In this document: in pieces, positions 21,519-31,687 of the stretch
Layout of the letters: each line of letters opens with the position of its first letter
Position numbering within the stretch: position 1 is the first letter of the stretch
Made by a program: the position numbers and the translations under genes
The notes under the pieces: generated by a model
What the model was told of the DNA's origin: nothing
The model's input: the letters and a program-made list of their open reading frames with translations, nothing else
Database searches by the model: none
Assembly (NCBI GenBank): GCA_963805975.1
Contig: CAWDVR010000001.1
Coordinates: forward strand, 960,001-1,024,000
Length of the DNA stretch: 64,000 bases
Source of the DNA: an uncultured Acidobacteriota bacterium
GTDB taxonomy: Bacteria; Acidobacteriota; Thermoanaerobaculia; Multivoradales; SZUA-115
Direction of reading: 5' to 3'

Positions 21519-22025
21519 CTATCGATCCTTTTCGTCCTTGGCCTGCGACCGCGTGAGGATCCGCGCCACCGCCGTGATCGCCAGCGGGACGATGGCGATG
21601 GCCGGCGCGGCGAGGAGCAGCGCGAGGAGACCCTTGCCGCGCCGGCCGAGGATCGGCCGCTCGTCTGCCTCGTCGGCCGGCTCGCCCGCCGGGAACAAGT
21701 CTTCCGCCGGGGGCTGGAGCAGGAGGCGGGCTTCCTCGGCCTGATCGGCCGGCACCGCGAGCCGGATGCCGCCGACCGCCGGGATCAGGAACCAGTCGAT
21801 GGCCAGCAGGTTCTCGTCGCGCAGCGAGGCCTCGATCCCGTTCGCTTGCAGAAGGCCGAGGGCAAGCTGGGCCTCGCCCGAGTCGTGAAACCGATCGATG
21901 ACGGTGAGAGTGTGGCCCAGATCGTGCTCCGGCCCCGCAGGTGGGGCCTCGACGAGAGCCACGGCGCAGTCCGGGCACTCGGTGGTCCCGCTGATGAATT
22001 CGGCGCCGCAAGCTGGACAGAACAT
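21519..22025 (-). CDS. Zn-ribbon + DUF2007-like membrane protein
   Basis: FCPACGAEF..CPDC, EAQLALGLLQANGIEA..GGIRLAV, C-terminal TM helix. Confidence 0.75.
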   Translation of the reverse strand: MFCPACGAEFISGTTECPDCAVALVEAPPAGPEHDLGHTLTVIDRFHDSGEAQLALGLLQANGIEASLRDENLLAIDWFLIPAVGGIRLAVPADQAEEARLLLQPPAEDLFPAGEPADEADERPILGRRGKGLLALLLAAPAIAIVPLAITAVARILTRSQAKDEKDR

Positions 22026-22042
22026 GCTCGGGGAAGTCCTTT

Positions 22043-22342
22043 CTAGGGCCGCGGTCCCTGGCCCGGCATTTCAGCCCCCTTCTGCTGCCGGCGGGCGATC
22101 GCGCTCGTGCAGCGCACGGCGACCCACAGGCAGGTGAGCATCAGGAGCGCGAGGTGCCACCAGGAGGGGTAGATGCCCGCGGCCAGCAAGGCGCTGAGCG
22201 CCGCGGTGAGCAACACCGTGTCGATCACCTGCACCAGGAGCCGGTGCCGCAGCCTCGGATACCGCGGGATCAGCTTCAGGACATCCGCGGCGATCGACAC
22301 CACGATCGAAACGAGGATGACCTGGATCACGAAACCGAGCAT
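22043..22342 (-). CDS. Small three-TM membrane protein
   Basis: 99-aa hydrophobic ORF with GGAGG RBS. Paralog at 20584-20863. Confidence 0.75.
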   Translation of the reverse strand: MLGFVIQVILVSIVVSIAADVLKLIPRYPRLRHRLLVQVIDTVLLTAALSALLAAGIYPSWWHLALLMLTCLWVAVRCTSAIARRQQKGAEMPGQGPRP

Positions 22343-22354
22343 CGGTAGCCCTCC

Positions 22355-23569
22355 TCAGCTCGCCAGCACCTTTCCCTTGGTCTCCGGCAGCGTCCAGATC
22401 CACAGCCCGGCCGCCACGGCGAAGCCGGCGGCGAGCGCGATACCGCCGGCCATGCCCCAGCGCGGCGCCACGGCCGCGATCACCACCGGCGCCAGGAACT
22501 GCACACCGCGCGACAGGTTCATGATGATCGAGAGCGCGCTGCCGCGCACCCGGGTGGAGAAGAGCTCGGAGAAGCTCGGCCCGTAGCTCGACCAGGTGCC
22601 CGTGCCGAGGCCCGAGACGAACAGGAAGAGGAAGACCAGCCACGGTGAACCGGCGATCCACGGCCAGAACACGGTGAACATCAGGAGGCCGAGCGCCATC
22701 ACGCCGCAGAACAGCGTAAACGTGCGGCGGCGACCCCAGCGATCGGAGAGCCAGCCGAACGCCAGGTAGCCGGTGAGCGAGCCCAGCACGAAGAGGAGCG
22801 TGGCGCGGCCGGAGCGCGCCTGGCTCAGGCCCCGTTCGGTCTGCAGATAAAGCGGCAGCCAGGTGACGGCGAACCAGTAGTTCGACATGTTGAGCAGGGT
22901 GAGCACGAAGCACTTGAAGAAGGTCACAGCCTGAGCGCCCGTGAGCAGCTCCCGCGCTACTGAAGCCCTCTTCTCTTGCTGCTGCCAGAGATCGGACTCC
23001 GGCACCCGGGAGAGGAGCGCCAGGCTCAGCACCGGCAGGGCCGAGAGGGCGAAGACCAGCCGCCAGCCGACCTCGGGCGCGAGGAAGGAGCCCACTACCG
23101 CGGCGAGGCCCAGCCCCAGCGGCGCGCCGCTCTGCGCCAGGGCGCCGAAGCGACCGCGGAGCATGGGCGGCACGGTCTCCCCCAGCAGGGCCTGGCCCGC
23201 GCCCCAGGAGCCGCCGACACCGAGGCCGGTCAGGGCACGCGCCGCGGCGAGCCAGAAGAGATCGGGTGCGGCGGCACAGAGGAGGTTGCCGGCGGAGAAG
23301 GTGAGCACGGCGAGGGCGGCCGAGGCGCGCCGGCCCATGCGGTCGGCGAGCCAGCCGAAGAGGAATCCGCCCACGCCGGTGGCGCCGATGGCGACGCCGG
23401 TCAACCAGCCCAGGTTGGCAAGGCTGCCGGCGAACTCCTCGCGCAGCGCGGGCAGGAGGAAGCTGAAGACGGTGAGCGAGTAGAAGCCGGTGAGCCACAC
23501 TCCCCAGGCAAAGGCGAGGATGGCGTAGTGCGGGCCTGTCGGCCGGGACGCTTGATGGAGCGGTGGCAA
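22355..23569 (-). CDS. MFS transporter
   Basis: About 12 TM helices, motif A twice (GWLADRMGRR, GWLSDRWGRR). Confidence 0.93.
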   Translation of the reverse strand: MPPLHQASRPTGPHYAILAFAWGVWLTGFYSLTVFSFLLPALREEFAGSLANLGWLTGVAIGATGVGGFLFGWLADRMGRRASAALAVLTFSAGNLLCAAAPDLFWLAAARALTGLGVGGSWGAGQALLGETVPPMLRGRFGALAQSGAPLGLGLAAVVGSFLAPEVGWRLVFALSALPVLSLALLSRVPESDLWQQQEKRASVARELLTGAQAVTFFKCFVLTLLNMSNYWFAVTWLPLYLQTERGLSQARSGRATLLFVLGSLTGYLAFGWLSDRWGRRRTFTLFCGVMALGLLMFTVFWPWIAGSPWLVFLFLFVSGLGTGTWSSYGPSFSELFSTRVRGSALSIIMNLSRGVQFLAPVVIAAVAPRWGMAGGIALAAGFAVAAGLWIWTLPETKGKVLAS

Positions 23570-23752
23570 AGGTGATCAGGAGGCGTCGGTTGGTGCTGGT
23601 TGGTGCCGGCGACTCTACCGCATGCGCCTGGGATCCAGACGGCCGGCGCAGGTCCGGCCGCTACGTCCGGAGGCGCGGGACGCGGCCGAGACCTCGTGAG
23701 TGTGCCAAGATCAGCCGCCAGGATCTACCATGACTCAAGGAGAAGCTCCCCG

Positions 23753-24292
23753 ATGACGCGCAAGCTCGAGGCACTGCTCACTGTCACCCTGCTTCTCATC
23801 TTCACCGCCTTCGCCGGACCGGCCACCGCTGCGGAGCACCGCATCGGTGTCGGCGCCAACTACTGGAAGACCATCGACGACCTCGAGGACGAGGGCATCG
23901 ACAACCTCGACGAGATCGACGACAGCGGCGTGGCCGAGGTGATCTCCTACCAGTACTGGCCGAAGGGTCTGATCGGCTTCGAGATCGACCTCGAGCACTT
24001 CCCGGACGGCTTCGGCGGCTCGACCGACGACGCCTGGTCGCCGCAGGTCTACATCACCGCCGGGCACGGCATCTACGGCGGCCTGGGCGCGGGGATCACC
24101 AACTCCTCGGACTTCGAGGACGACGACTGGTCTGATCCGTTCTATGCCGCCAAGCTGGGCTTCAACGTCTCCCTGCTGCCGCACATTGCTCTCGACATCT
24201 ACGGCAACTACCGCTTCGACGCCTGGAGCGAGCTCGGCGACGCGGACACCGACACCATTTTCCTAGGCGCGCAGGTGCGGATCACTTTTTGA
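23753..24292 (+). CDS. Small outer-membrane beta-barrel protein
   Basis: AAGGAG RBS, signal peptide, alternating beta strands, C-terminal Phe (LGAQVRITF). Confidence 0.75.
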   Translation: MTRKLEALLTVTLLLIFTAFAGPATAAEHRIGVGANYWKTIDDLEDEGIDNLDEIDDSGVAEVISYQYWPKGLIGFEIDLEHFPDGFGGSTDDAWSPQVYITAGHGIYGGLGAGITNSSDFEDDDWSDPFYAAKLGFNVSLLPHIALDIYGNYRFDAWSELGDADTDTIFLGAQVRITF

Positions 24293-25745
24293 CCGCGAGG
24301 GTCAGCGGGTCGACCATCGGCACTTCTTCCACGGCCCCGAAGGCCGCCAGCTCGGCGGCCGGCGGGGCCGGCCCCACCAGCACCACCGTCCAGGCCTCGG
24401 GCCTCAGCCAAGCGCTCGCGACGCGTGCCAGGTCCGCGGGCGTGATCCGGCCGTAGCGCTCGACGGCCCGCGCCCAGAAGTCGAGCGGCCGGCCGGAGAG
24501 CTCGTCCGCGGCGAGCGCCGAGGCGAGGTCGCGCGGCGACTCGAAGCCGCGCGACAGCCGGGCGAGGAGCGAGGCGCGGGCCAAGCCGAGCTCCTCGGGG
24601 CCGGGCGGCTGGGCGCGCAGGCGCTCGAGCTCCTGGCGCACCAGCGTGAGCGCGCGCGCCGCCTTGGTCGGCTGCGTCTGGAAGCGGATCTGGAAAGCAC
24701 CCGGCCACAGCACTCCCAGACCGGAGTCCGACGCCGGGAAGTAGACCAACCCCTCCTCGTTGCGCAGGCCGCGCACCAAACGCGAGGTGAAGCCGCCGCC
24801 CACCAGCACCTCGTGCAGCAGGTTCCAGGCGTAGAGGTCGGGGTCCTCCCAGCGGCCGCTCCAGGCGTGGCCGGGGTGACCGAGCGCGACGTAGGTCTGC
24901 TGGGCCGGTGCCGCGAGCGCGACGACGCGCGGCCCCGCGGCCGGTGAGCCCTCCGGAGCCTTCGGCGGCCAGGCCGCGGCCGTACCACGAGGCGACCAGG
25001 CGGCCACCTCGCGCTCGAGACGGGCGAGCACGGCGCGCGGCTCCACGTCGCCCGCCACCGCGATGGCCAGGTTCGGCGGGGCGAAGGAGCGGGCATGGAA
25101 GGCGGCGAGCTCGGTGGCAGTGGCGGCGGCGATCTCGCCGGCGGTGGCGAGGCGGGCACCGAAGTGGCTGCGGCCGAAGAGGCGCCAGTCCCACTCGCGT
25201 TGCAGCACGGCCGCGGGATCGTCGTTGCGCTTGGCCATCGCTCCCGTCACCGTGGCCTTTTCCTGGACCAGGGCCGCTTCGTCCCAACGCGGCTCGCGGA
25301 GCATCTCGAAGAACAGACCGAGGGCGGGGTCGAGCTCGGACGAGAGCACGTTGAGGCTCGCGGTGGAGATCGCGCTGCCTGCCGAGACCTGGACGCGCGC
25401 CGCGAGCCGGTCGAGCGCCGCGTCGAAAGCGGCGGGATCGAGGCGCCGGGTGCCGCCACGGCGCAGCATGCGGGCCGCGAGCGAGGCCAGGCCCGAACGG
25501 TCCGCCGGCTCGAGGAAAGCGCCGGAGCGCGCCTGTACGACGATGTCGACCAGCGGCAGGTTGTGATCCACGACGACGTACACCGGGGTACCGTCCGCGA
25601 GCTGGTGGCGCACCTCCTGGGCGGCGGGAAGGCGAGTCTCGGCCGGCGGGAAGCGCAGCTCCTCGGGGCGCGCGGGGACCTTCTCCTCGGCTACCGCGGC
25701 TACGGCCAGCGAGGCCGCCAGAAGCAGCACGGCGGCGAGCCTCAT
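24282..25745 (-). CDS. M16 (pitrilysin) family peptidase, non-catalytic subunit
   Basis: Signal peptide, GLASLAARMLRRGGT (no HXXEH), GGGFTSRL...R..EGLVY. Confidence 0.85.
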   Translation of the reverse strand: MRLAAVLLLAASLAVAAVAEEKVPARPEELRFPPAETRLPAAQEVRHQLADGTPVYVVVDHNLPLVDIVVQARSGAFLEPADRSGLASLAARMLRRGGTRRLDPAAFDAALDRLAARVQVSAGSAISTASLNVLSSELDPALGLFFEMLREPRWDEAALVQEKATVTGAMAKRNDDPAAVLQREWDWRLFGRSHFGARLATAGEIAAATATELAAFHARSFAPPNLAIAVAGDVEPRAVLARLEREVAAWSPRGTAAAWPPKAPEGSPAAGPRVVALAAPAQQTYVALGHPGHAWSGRWEDPDLYAWNLLHEVLVGGGFTSRLVRGLRNEEGLVYFPASDSGLGVLWPGAFQIRFQTQPTKAARALTLVRQELERLRAQPPGPEELGLARASLLARLSRGFESPRDLASALAADELSGRPLDFWARAVERYGRITPADLARVASAWLRPEAWTVVLVGPAPPAAELAAFGAVEEVPMVDPLTLAVKK

Positions 25746-27115
25746 GGCATGCCTCCTGGTTGCACAGCCGGTATTGCGGCGGGTGGCGCCTCGCGCCGGA
25801 TCTCCACCACCAGCCGGTTCTGCGGCCGGAGGTAGGCCGCGGCCACCCGCTGCAGGTCGGCCGGCTGCACGGCCCGGATGCGCTCCCCCTGCTGCTGGAT
25901 CCAGGTCCAATCCCCCGCGCCGGCGTTCGCCAGGATGCGCCCGGCGAGCAGATAGGGATTGGTGAGCCGGCGATAGCCGTCGGCGGCGAGGTTGTTCTTC
26001 ACCCGCGCCAGCTCCTCGGCCGGCACCGGCTGGCTAATCAGATCGTGGAGCACCCGGCCGATCCCCTCTTCGAGGGCCGCCAGCGGCGTCTCGCCCTGCG
26101 CTTCGGCTTTGAGGACCAAGTAGCCGGCCGCTGCTTGCGAGACCTGCTCGGCCGTGGCGCGGCCGGCGAGCCCGCCCGCCACCAGGGCAGGGTAGAGCCG
26201 GCCGCTACGGCCGTTGAGCAGGGCGGCCAGCACTTCGAGCGCCGCCACGTCGTCGTGGAGGAAGGGCGCCGTGTGGTAGCGCAGCACCAGTTGCGGCGGG
26301 CACGCGCAGGAGGCGCCGAGGCGCCTCTCGGACTCCTGCGGCGGCTCGGGCATCCGGCTCCCGGCGGCCGGCGCCGGAGGCGCGGGCAGGCGGCCGAAGT
26401 AGCGCTCGGCGAGCGCGCGCACCGCGGCCGTGTCGAAGCGGCCGATCAGCACGGCGGTCAGGTTGGCCGGCCGGTAGTGCCGCTCGAAGAACTTTCGCAC
26501 CTCGGGCTCTCCCGCGGCCTCCAGCTCGCCGGGGGCGCCCCAGCGCGAGCGGCGGTAGGGGTGCGCCTGCCAGAAGGCGGCGTCGATCGGCTCGTCGAGG
26601 GCACCGGTCGGAGTGGCGCCCTGGATCTGCCGCTGCTCCTCGCGGATCACCTTGCGCTCGGCCTCGAGGCCCAGGAAGGCGGGCGCCAGCAGGCGGTCCG
26701 ACTCCAGCCAGAACCACAGCTCCAGCCGCTCGGCCGGCACCGAGACGAGGTAGACCGTGGCGTCCTGGGTGGTGAAGGCGTTGACGGCGGTGCCGCCGGC
26801 CGCGGTGTAGTGGCGGTCGAGAGCGTCCGGCTCGGGAAGCGTGGCCGTGCCCTTGAACATCAGGTGCTCGAGGAGGTGGGCGAGCCCCGTCGCGCCGTCG
26901 GGGTCGCTCGCCGAGCCGGCGGCGACGACCCAGCCCGCGGCTACGTTGGCGAGCTCCGGGCGGCCAAAAAGCAGGAACGTCATGCCGTTCGGAAGCTGGA
27001 AGCGGGTGGCCTCCAGGCGGGCGGGCGGCGGGCCGCTCTCGCCGGCGAGCGGCAGGACGACGGCCGCGAGCGCCAGGAAGACCGCCGTCAGGATCTGTCC
27101 TGCACTCGTTCGCAT
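25742..27115 (-). CDS. M16 family zinc peptidase, catalytic subunit
   Basis: GLAHLLEHLMFKGT (HXXEH), NAFT, LESDR. ATGA overlap with the partner gene. Confidence 0.92.
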   Translation of the reverse strand: MRTSAGQILTAVFLALAAVVLPLAGESGPPPARLEATRFQLPNGMTFLLFGRPELANVAAGWVVAAGSASDPDGATGLAHLLEHLMFKGTATLPEPDALDRHYTAAGGTAVNAFTTQDATVYLVSVPAERLELWFWLESDRLLAPAFLGLEAERKVIREEQRQIQGATPTGALDEPIDAAFWQAHPYRRSRWGAPGELEAAGEPEVRKFFERHYRPANLTAVLIGRFDTAAVRALAERYFGRLPAPPAPAAGSRMPEPPQESERRLGASCACPPQLVLRYHTAPFLHDDVAALEVLAALLNGRSGRLYPALVAGGLAGRATAEQVSQAAAGYLVLKAEAQGETPLAALEEGIGRVLHDLISQPVPAEELARVKNNLAADGYRRLTNPYLLAGRILANAGAGDWTWIQQQGERIRAVQPADLQRVAAAYLRPQNRLVVEIRREAPPAAIPAVQPGGMP

Positions 27116-27139
27116 GGCTCGCTCCGTAGTCGTGCGCAG

Positions 27140-29047
27140 CTACCGGGGCGCCGTCCCGGCAGGGCTCTCCGCAAAGGCGAAGAGATGGTGGCGTCCGCGG
27201 ACGAAGAGGGTGTCGCCGACGATCGCCGGCGTGGCGAGGCAGGGCTCACCCACCGGGTTGGCGGCGAGCAGCTGATACTCGGCACCGGCCTTGATCACCA
27301 GCGTCTCACCGTCCTCGCCGGCCAGGTACAGCCGGCCGTCGGCGGCCACCGGCGAAGCGGTGAACCGCTTGCCGGCGCCGAGCCGCTGGCGGTAGACCAG
27401 CTCGCCGTTCGACGCCAGGTGGGCGGAGAGGATGCCGTCGTCCGAGACCACGTAGAGCAGATCGCCGTAGAGCAGCGGCGTGGTGTAGTAGGGCCCGCCC
27501 GTCTTCAGGCTCCAGGCGAGGTGTGGAGCGGAGTTTTCGCCCTCTTTCGGTGAGAGGTCGCCGCGGCCCCCGGGCCGGATGGCGTAGATCGGCTTCAGGG
27601 GCCGATAGCCGTTGCCGACCACGATCAGGTCGGCGCTCCCGACGGGGGTCGAGGCTGCGACGAAGGAGTTGCCGGTGGTGAGCGACCACAGCTCGGCTCC
27701 GGTCGACGGGTCGTAGCCGCGGATCTTGTGGATGCCGTTGGTGACCAGCTCGGCGCGGGCGCCCTCGCCGAGGACGGTGGGTGTGCCCCAGGTGGGGAGC
27801 TCGTCGCGGTCGGTGCGCCACACCCGCTTGCCGTCGGCGAGCGAGAAGGCGGCGAGGTGCGAGCCCTTCTGCAAGTCCGCCTGCACGATCACCAGGCCGT
27901 TCCAGAGGATCGGCGAGCTGGCGGTGCCCCACTGGAAACCGGGGTCGTAGAAGAAGCCGGCGTCCATCGGGCCCAGCTCACGGCGCCAGAGGAGCGAGCC
28001 GTCCATCGAGTAGGCGAAGAGGCCTTGGTCGCCGAAGAGCACCACCACGGACTTGCCGTCGGTCGCCGGCGTGGCGCTCGCGAAGCTGTTCTTGGGGTGG
28101 CGGCGGCTCCGCGGCAGGCCCTCGGCCGCCACCCGCTCCCAGAGCACCGCGCCGGTCCTGGCATCCAGGCAGTAGAGCCGCCAGGAGTGCGGCACCGCCT
28201 CCGCCAGCGAGTCCATGGGGCTGCCGGTGTCGCGCACCGGCGCCGGCTCGCCTTCCTTGACCGCGGTGGTGACGAACACGCGGTCGCCCGCCACCACCGG
28301 GCTCGAGTGGCCGAGGCCGGGAATCGCCGTCTTCCAACGCAGGCCGGTGCCCGCCGCGGCGTCCCAGCGCAAGGGGGGCCTGGCCCCTTCCGCGACTCCC
28401 GAGGCGGAGGGGCCGCGGAACTGCGGCCAGGTGGGGAGAGCGGGTGCCACGTCGCGCCGCGCGACGAGGAGGGGGAGGAGATCCTTCCTGCCCATCCGCG
28501 TCGCGAAACCGCTCGCCAGCTCGAGGGTGGCGGCCGAGACCTTGGGCGAGGCGAGCAGCGTCTCGACACAGGGCCGGTCGCCGCGGATCACCGCCATGCT
28601 GAGCGGCGTGAAGCCCTGCGACAGCTCCTTTTCATTGGGGTCGGCACCGGCGGCGAGCAGCGCCGGCAGTGCGTCGCAGTGCCCGCCGAAGGTGGCCCAC
28701 AGGAGCGCGCCCCAGCCGTTGATCTGCTCGCGCGCGGTGACGTCGGCGCCGGCGGCGAGCAGAGCCTCGATCACCTCCCGATGCCCGTACTGCGCGGCGA
28801 AGAGCAGCGCCGTGCCGCCGACTCGGAAGGGCGCATCGACCTTCGCGCCGTCGGCGAGCGCCCGTTTCACCGCCGCCACGTCACCGCTCCTCGCCGCGTC
28901 CCACAGGCGCTCCGTGGGGTCGGTCGCTGCCGCCGTCTCCGCCGCCGTCTCTGCCGGAGAGGCGAGGGCACCGTCCAGGGCCACGAAGGCGAGCAGCAGC
29001 GAGCCGAGAACACGGAGCCGGCCGCGCGTCGGGAGGCTGCTCGGCAT
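27140..29047 (-). CDS. Secreted ankyrin-repeat + PQQ-like beta-propeller protein
   Basis: Ankyrin motifs ([22 protein letters not shown]) then WPQFRGP and W(K/R) propeller blades. Confidence 0.85.
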   Translation of the reverse strand: MPSSLPTRGRLRVLGSLLLAFVALDGALASPAETAAETAAATDPTERLWDAARSGDVAAVKRALADGAKVDAPFRVGGTALLFAAQYGHREVIEALLAAGADVTAREQINGWGALLWATFGGHCDALPALLAAGADPNEKELSQGFTPLSMAVIRGDRPCVETLLASPKVSAATLELASGFATRMGRKDLLPLLVARRDVAPALPTWPQFRGPSASGVAEGARPPLRWDAAAGTGLRWKTAIPGLGHSSPVVAGDRVFVTTAVKEGEPAPVRDTGSPMDSLAEAVPHSWRLYCLDARTGAVLWERVAAEGLPRSRRHPKNSFASATPATDGKSVVVLFGDQGLFAYSMDGSLLWRRELGPMDAGFFYDPGFQWGTASSPILWNGLVIVQADLQKGSHLAAFSLADGKRVWRTDRDELPTWGTPTVLGEGARAELVTNGIHKIRGYDPSTGAELWSLTTGNSFVAASTPVGSADLIVVGNGYRPLKPIYAIRPGGRGDLSPKEGENSAPHLAWSLKTGGPYYTTPLLYGDLLYVVSDDGILSAHLASNGELVYRQRLGAGKRFTASPVAADGRLYLAGEDGETLVIKAGAEYQLLAANPVGEPCLATPAIVGDTLFVRGRHHLFAFAESPAGTAPR

Positions 29048-29057
29048 CGCGTTCGGT

Positions 29058-30635
29058 TCAGCCGCCGGGCTCGGCCGAGGCCGCGCCCCGCTCCAGAGCG
29101 GCGGCGCCCGGTCGAGTGTACGTGGGAGAGAGCCCGCGCCAGCGCAGGCGGGCGATGGCGGCGAGCATGCGTAGCGCGGTCGCCGCCAGCTTCGGAAAGC
29201 TCGCCGAGTGCTTCGACTCGCCCCCCAGCCGGCGGTGGTAGGAGACCGGGATCTCGATCACCCGCCGGCCGGTGAGCAGCACGGCGAGCATCATCTCGGG
29301 AGAGAGCTCCGGCCCGGTGCCCCGGAGGTGGGGCGCGATGTCCGCCCAGGTCTCGCGCCACAGCGCGCGATAGGTGCAGCCGACGTCGGTGAAGCGCGGC
29401 TCGCGCGACCACCACAGGATCTCGGCCAGCTTGGCGACCGCGACGTTGGCCCAGCGCACCAGGCCTCGCATGTTGGTGCCGTGCTCGTTGAGCTCGCGGG
29501 TGGTGCGCGAGCCCACCACCATGTCCGCGTCCTTGAGGTACTCGAGCAGCTTGCCCAGATCCTTGGCACGGAAGGAGTGGTCCGCCTCGGTGAGCACCAG
29601 CACGTCGCCGCGGGCGGCGGAGAGGCCGAAGCGGATGGTGTCGCCGTAGCCGGTGAGGCGGACGGTCTCGACCCGCGCCCCGGCCGCGCGCGCCACCTCG
29701 GCAGTGGCGTCGCGGGAGCTGTTGTCCACCACCAGCACCTCGTCGGCGCGCGGCGCGAACTCCCGCACCACGGAGGCGATCGATGCCTCCTCGTTGTATG
29801 CCGGGATCACCACGCTCACCCGGGCGGCGGGGAAACGCGCCGAGCGCACCAGGTACTGAGCGTAGTCGTGGTCGTCGGCGGTGTTGACGTTGAGATAGCT
29901 GCCGGTGAGGCGGTAGGCGTGAACCCGGCCGCGGCTCGCGGCCAGACGGTCGATGGCGTCGGTCAGCTCTACGCGCCCGCTGCGCGGCGAGACGGGAGTC
30001 TGCTCGATGGCCTCGAACAGCCGCGGCGTGAACACGTAGGTGCCGCAGCCGAGGAGCCGGCCGACCCTCCCTTCCGGCTTCTCGACCAGCCGCACGATGC
30101 GGTCGCCCTCGAGCGCCACGCTGTAGTTGCAGCGGATCTGGGTCTCGTCCTCGCTCTCCATCACGCAGCACAGGGCGTCGAGGTCGCCGCTCAGGGGGTC
30201 CAGGCGGTGCAGCTCGGCGGCGAGGCCGGCGTGATTGGTGTCGAGATATACCTCGTCGCCGAGCACGGTGACGAACGGCTCGGCCAGACGGTCGCGAGCC
30301 AGCAGGATGCCGCGCGCCAGGCCGGCCTCGACGTCCCGGCAGGTCACGTAGTCGAGGTGGACGCCGAGGCGCCGCCCGTCCCCCAACACCTCCCGCACCT
30401 GCTCGCCGCGGAAGCCGACGATCACCGTGATGTCGGTGATACCGAGCGCGTCCCGCAGCAGCTCGACGTTTCTCTGCAGGAGCGGCTTGCCGCCCACTTC
30501 GAGCAGCACCTTGGGTATCCGCTCGAGCTTGGGGTAGGCGCGCACGCCGCGTCCCGCCGCCGGGATCAATCCCCGGCTCGGGGCTCTGGGCCGCGGTGGG
30601 CTTGCGCCGCGGTCGCTTGTCGGATCTCCGTTCAT
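29058..30635 (-). CDS. Sugar-phosphate nucleotidyltransferase fused to GT2 glycosyltransferase
   Basis: [11 protein letters not shown]...[13 protein letters not shown] and ELTDAI, then [27 protein letters not shown]. Confidence 0.85.
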   Translation of the reverse strand: MNGDPTSDRGASPPRPRAPSRGLIPAAGRGVRAYPKLERIPKVLLEVGGKPLLQRNVELLRDALGITDITVIVGFRGEQVREVLGDGRRLGVHLDYVTCRDVEAGLARGILLARDRLAEPFVTVLGDEVYLDTNHAGLAAELHRLDPLSGDLDALCCVMESEDETQIRCNYSVALEGDRIVRLVEKPEGRVGRLLGCGTYVFTPRLFEAIEQTPVSPRSGRVELTDAIDRLAASRGRVHAYRLTGSYLNVNTADDHDYAQYLVRSARFPAARVSVVIPAYNEEASIASVVREFAPRADEVLVVDNSSRDATAEVARAAGARVETVRLTGYGDTIRFGLSAARGDVLVLTEADHSFRAKDLGKLLEYLKDADMVVGSRTTRELNEHGTNMRGLVRWANVAVAKLAEILWWSREPRFTDVGCTYRALWRETWADIAPHLRGTGPELSPEMMLAVLLTGRRVIEIPVSYHRRLGGESKHSASFPKLAATALRMLAAIARLRWRGLSPTYTRPGAAALERGAASAEPGG

Positions 30636-30733
30636 TCGCGTCCGCACCCGGGGAAACTTACCACTCCATACGCAAGTGTGGCTCCCGGCAGGCATGCTGG
30701 CCGGGAGCCACGAAGATACCGAGTCGACCGTGC

Positions 30734-31525
30734 CTAGTTGGAGGCAACCACCGACGCCGCGTTCGGCGACAGGGGCAGGTGGCGGACGATCTCGCGGAAC
30801 TTGACGATGCCCGAGGTCAGGGTGCCGACCTCGCGACCGTTGGCGAGCATGCGGATCGGGTCGACGGTGACCGAGGCCTGGTGGCCGACCGGCGGAATGG
30901 TCGTCACTTCGGAGAACCACACAGCGTGGTCCTTGGTGGTCATCTCGAGGCCGAGGTCCTGCATCGAGACGTTGACCGCAACCGGAGCGCGGCAAATCGC
31001 GACCGGCTCCTCGCCACCAACCTCGCCCTCAGCCGCGGCGCCGTTCGAAGCGGCGAGAGCGGTGGTGGCGTGGCCGGGAATGGTGATGCGACCGACCTGG
31101 CCGACGGCCGGGCGGGTCGAGTCGAGGGTCACGTGAACGCGACCGAAGACCTTGCTGTTGCCGACGAGGTCCATCGCCACGAACTGCGTGTCGGTGACCG
31201 CGGTGGCCCACTTGTCGGTGGTCGGCTTGCCGTGGGTGACGGCGATCCAGCCGGTCAGCTCGACGGTGTCCTCGCCGATGCCGTCGATGGTGTAGCTCTC
31301 GTCGAGCTGCACGCGCATCACGTCGACGCCGGGCTTGGGAAGGGTGTAGGGCTGCGGCGGGATGGCTTCCAGGCTCGCGAGCTGCACCTGCGAGAGGGAG
31401 TTCATCTCGTTGACCAGCGCTGCGACGACGAGCTGGTCGGAGTTGCCGGCGCTGACGCCGACGGCGGCAATGCCCGCCACCAGCACGAGAGCGGCGGCGA
31501 TCAGCCAATGCTTACGAATGTTCAT
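30734..31525 (-). CDS. Secreted beta-rich protein of unknown function, copy 2 (DUF6073-like)
   Basis: AGGAGG RBS, signal peptide. 'YTIDGIGEDTVELTGWIAV' and 'IPPVG' recall DUF6073/DUF6004 proteins (from memory). Near-identical to 31688-32479. Confidence 0.8.
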   Translation of the reverse strand: MNIRKHWLIAAALVLVAGIAAVGVSAGNSDQLVVAALVNEMNSLSQVQLASLEAIPPQPYTLPKPGVDVMRVQLDESYTIDGIGEDTVELTGWIAVTHGKPTTDKWATAVTDTQFVAMDLVGNSKVFGRVHVTLDSTRPAVGQVGRITIPGHATTALAASNGAAAEGEVGGEEPVAICRAPVAVNVSMQDLGLEMTTKDHAVWFSEVTTIPPVGHQASVTVDPIRMLANGREVGTLTSGIVKFREIVRHLPLSPNAASVVASN

Positions 31526-31687
31526 GGTTCCTCCTAAGAAGACGTGGTTCTTTTTGGTAAGACCAATGCCTCTGACAGGAGAAGAGCCAATGCCGCGAGA
31601 TCTACTCGCTGATCTCCACTGTCCACACCACCCTCCTTTCCGACCACGACGGGGCGCGATCCGCTCGCGTCCCATGGGCCTCACTGC

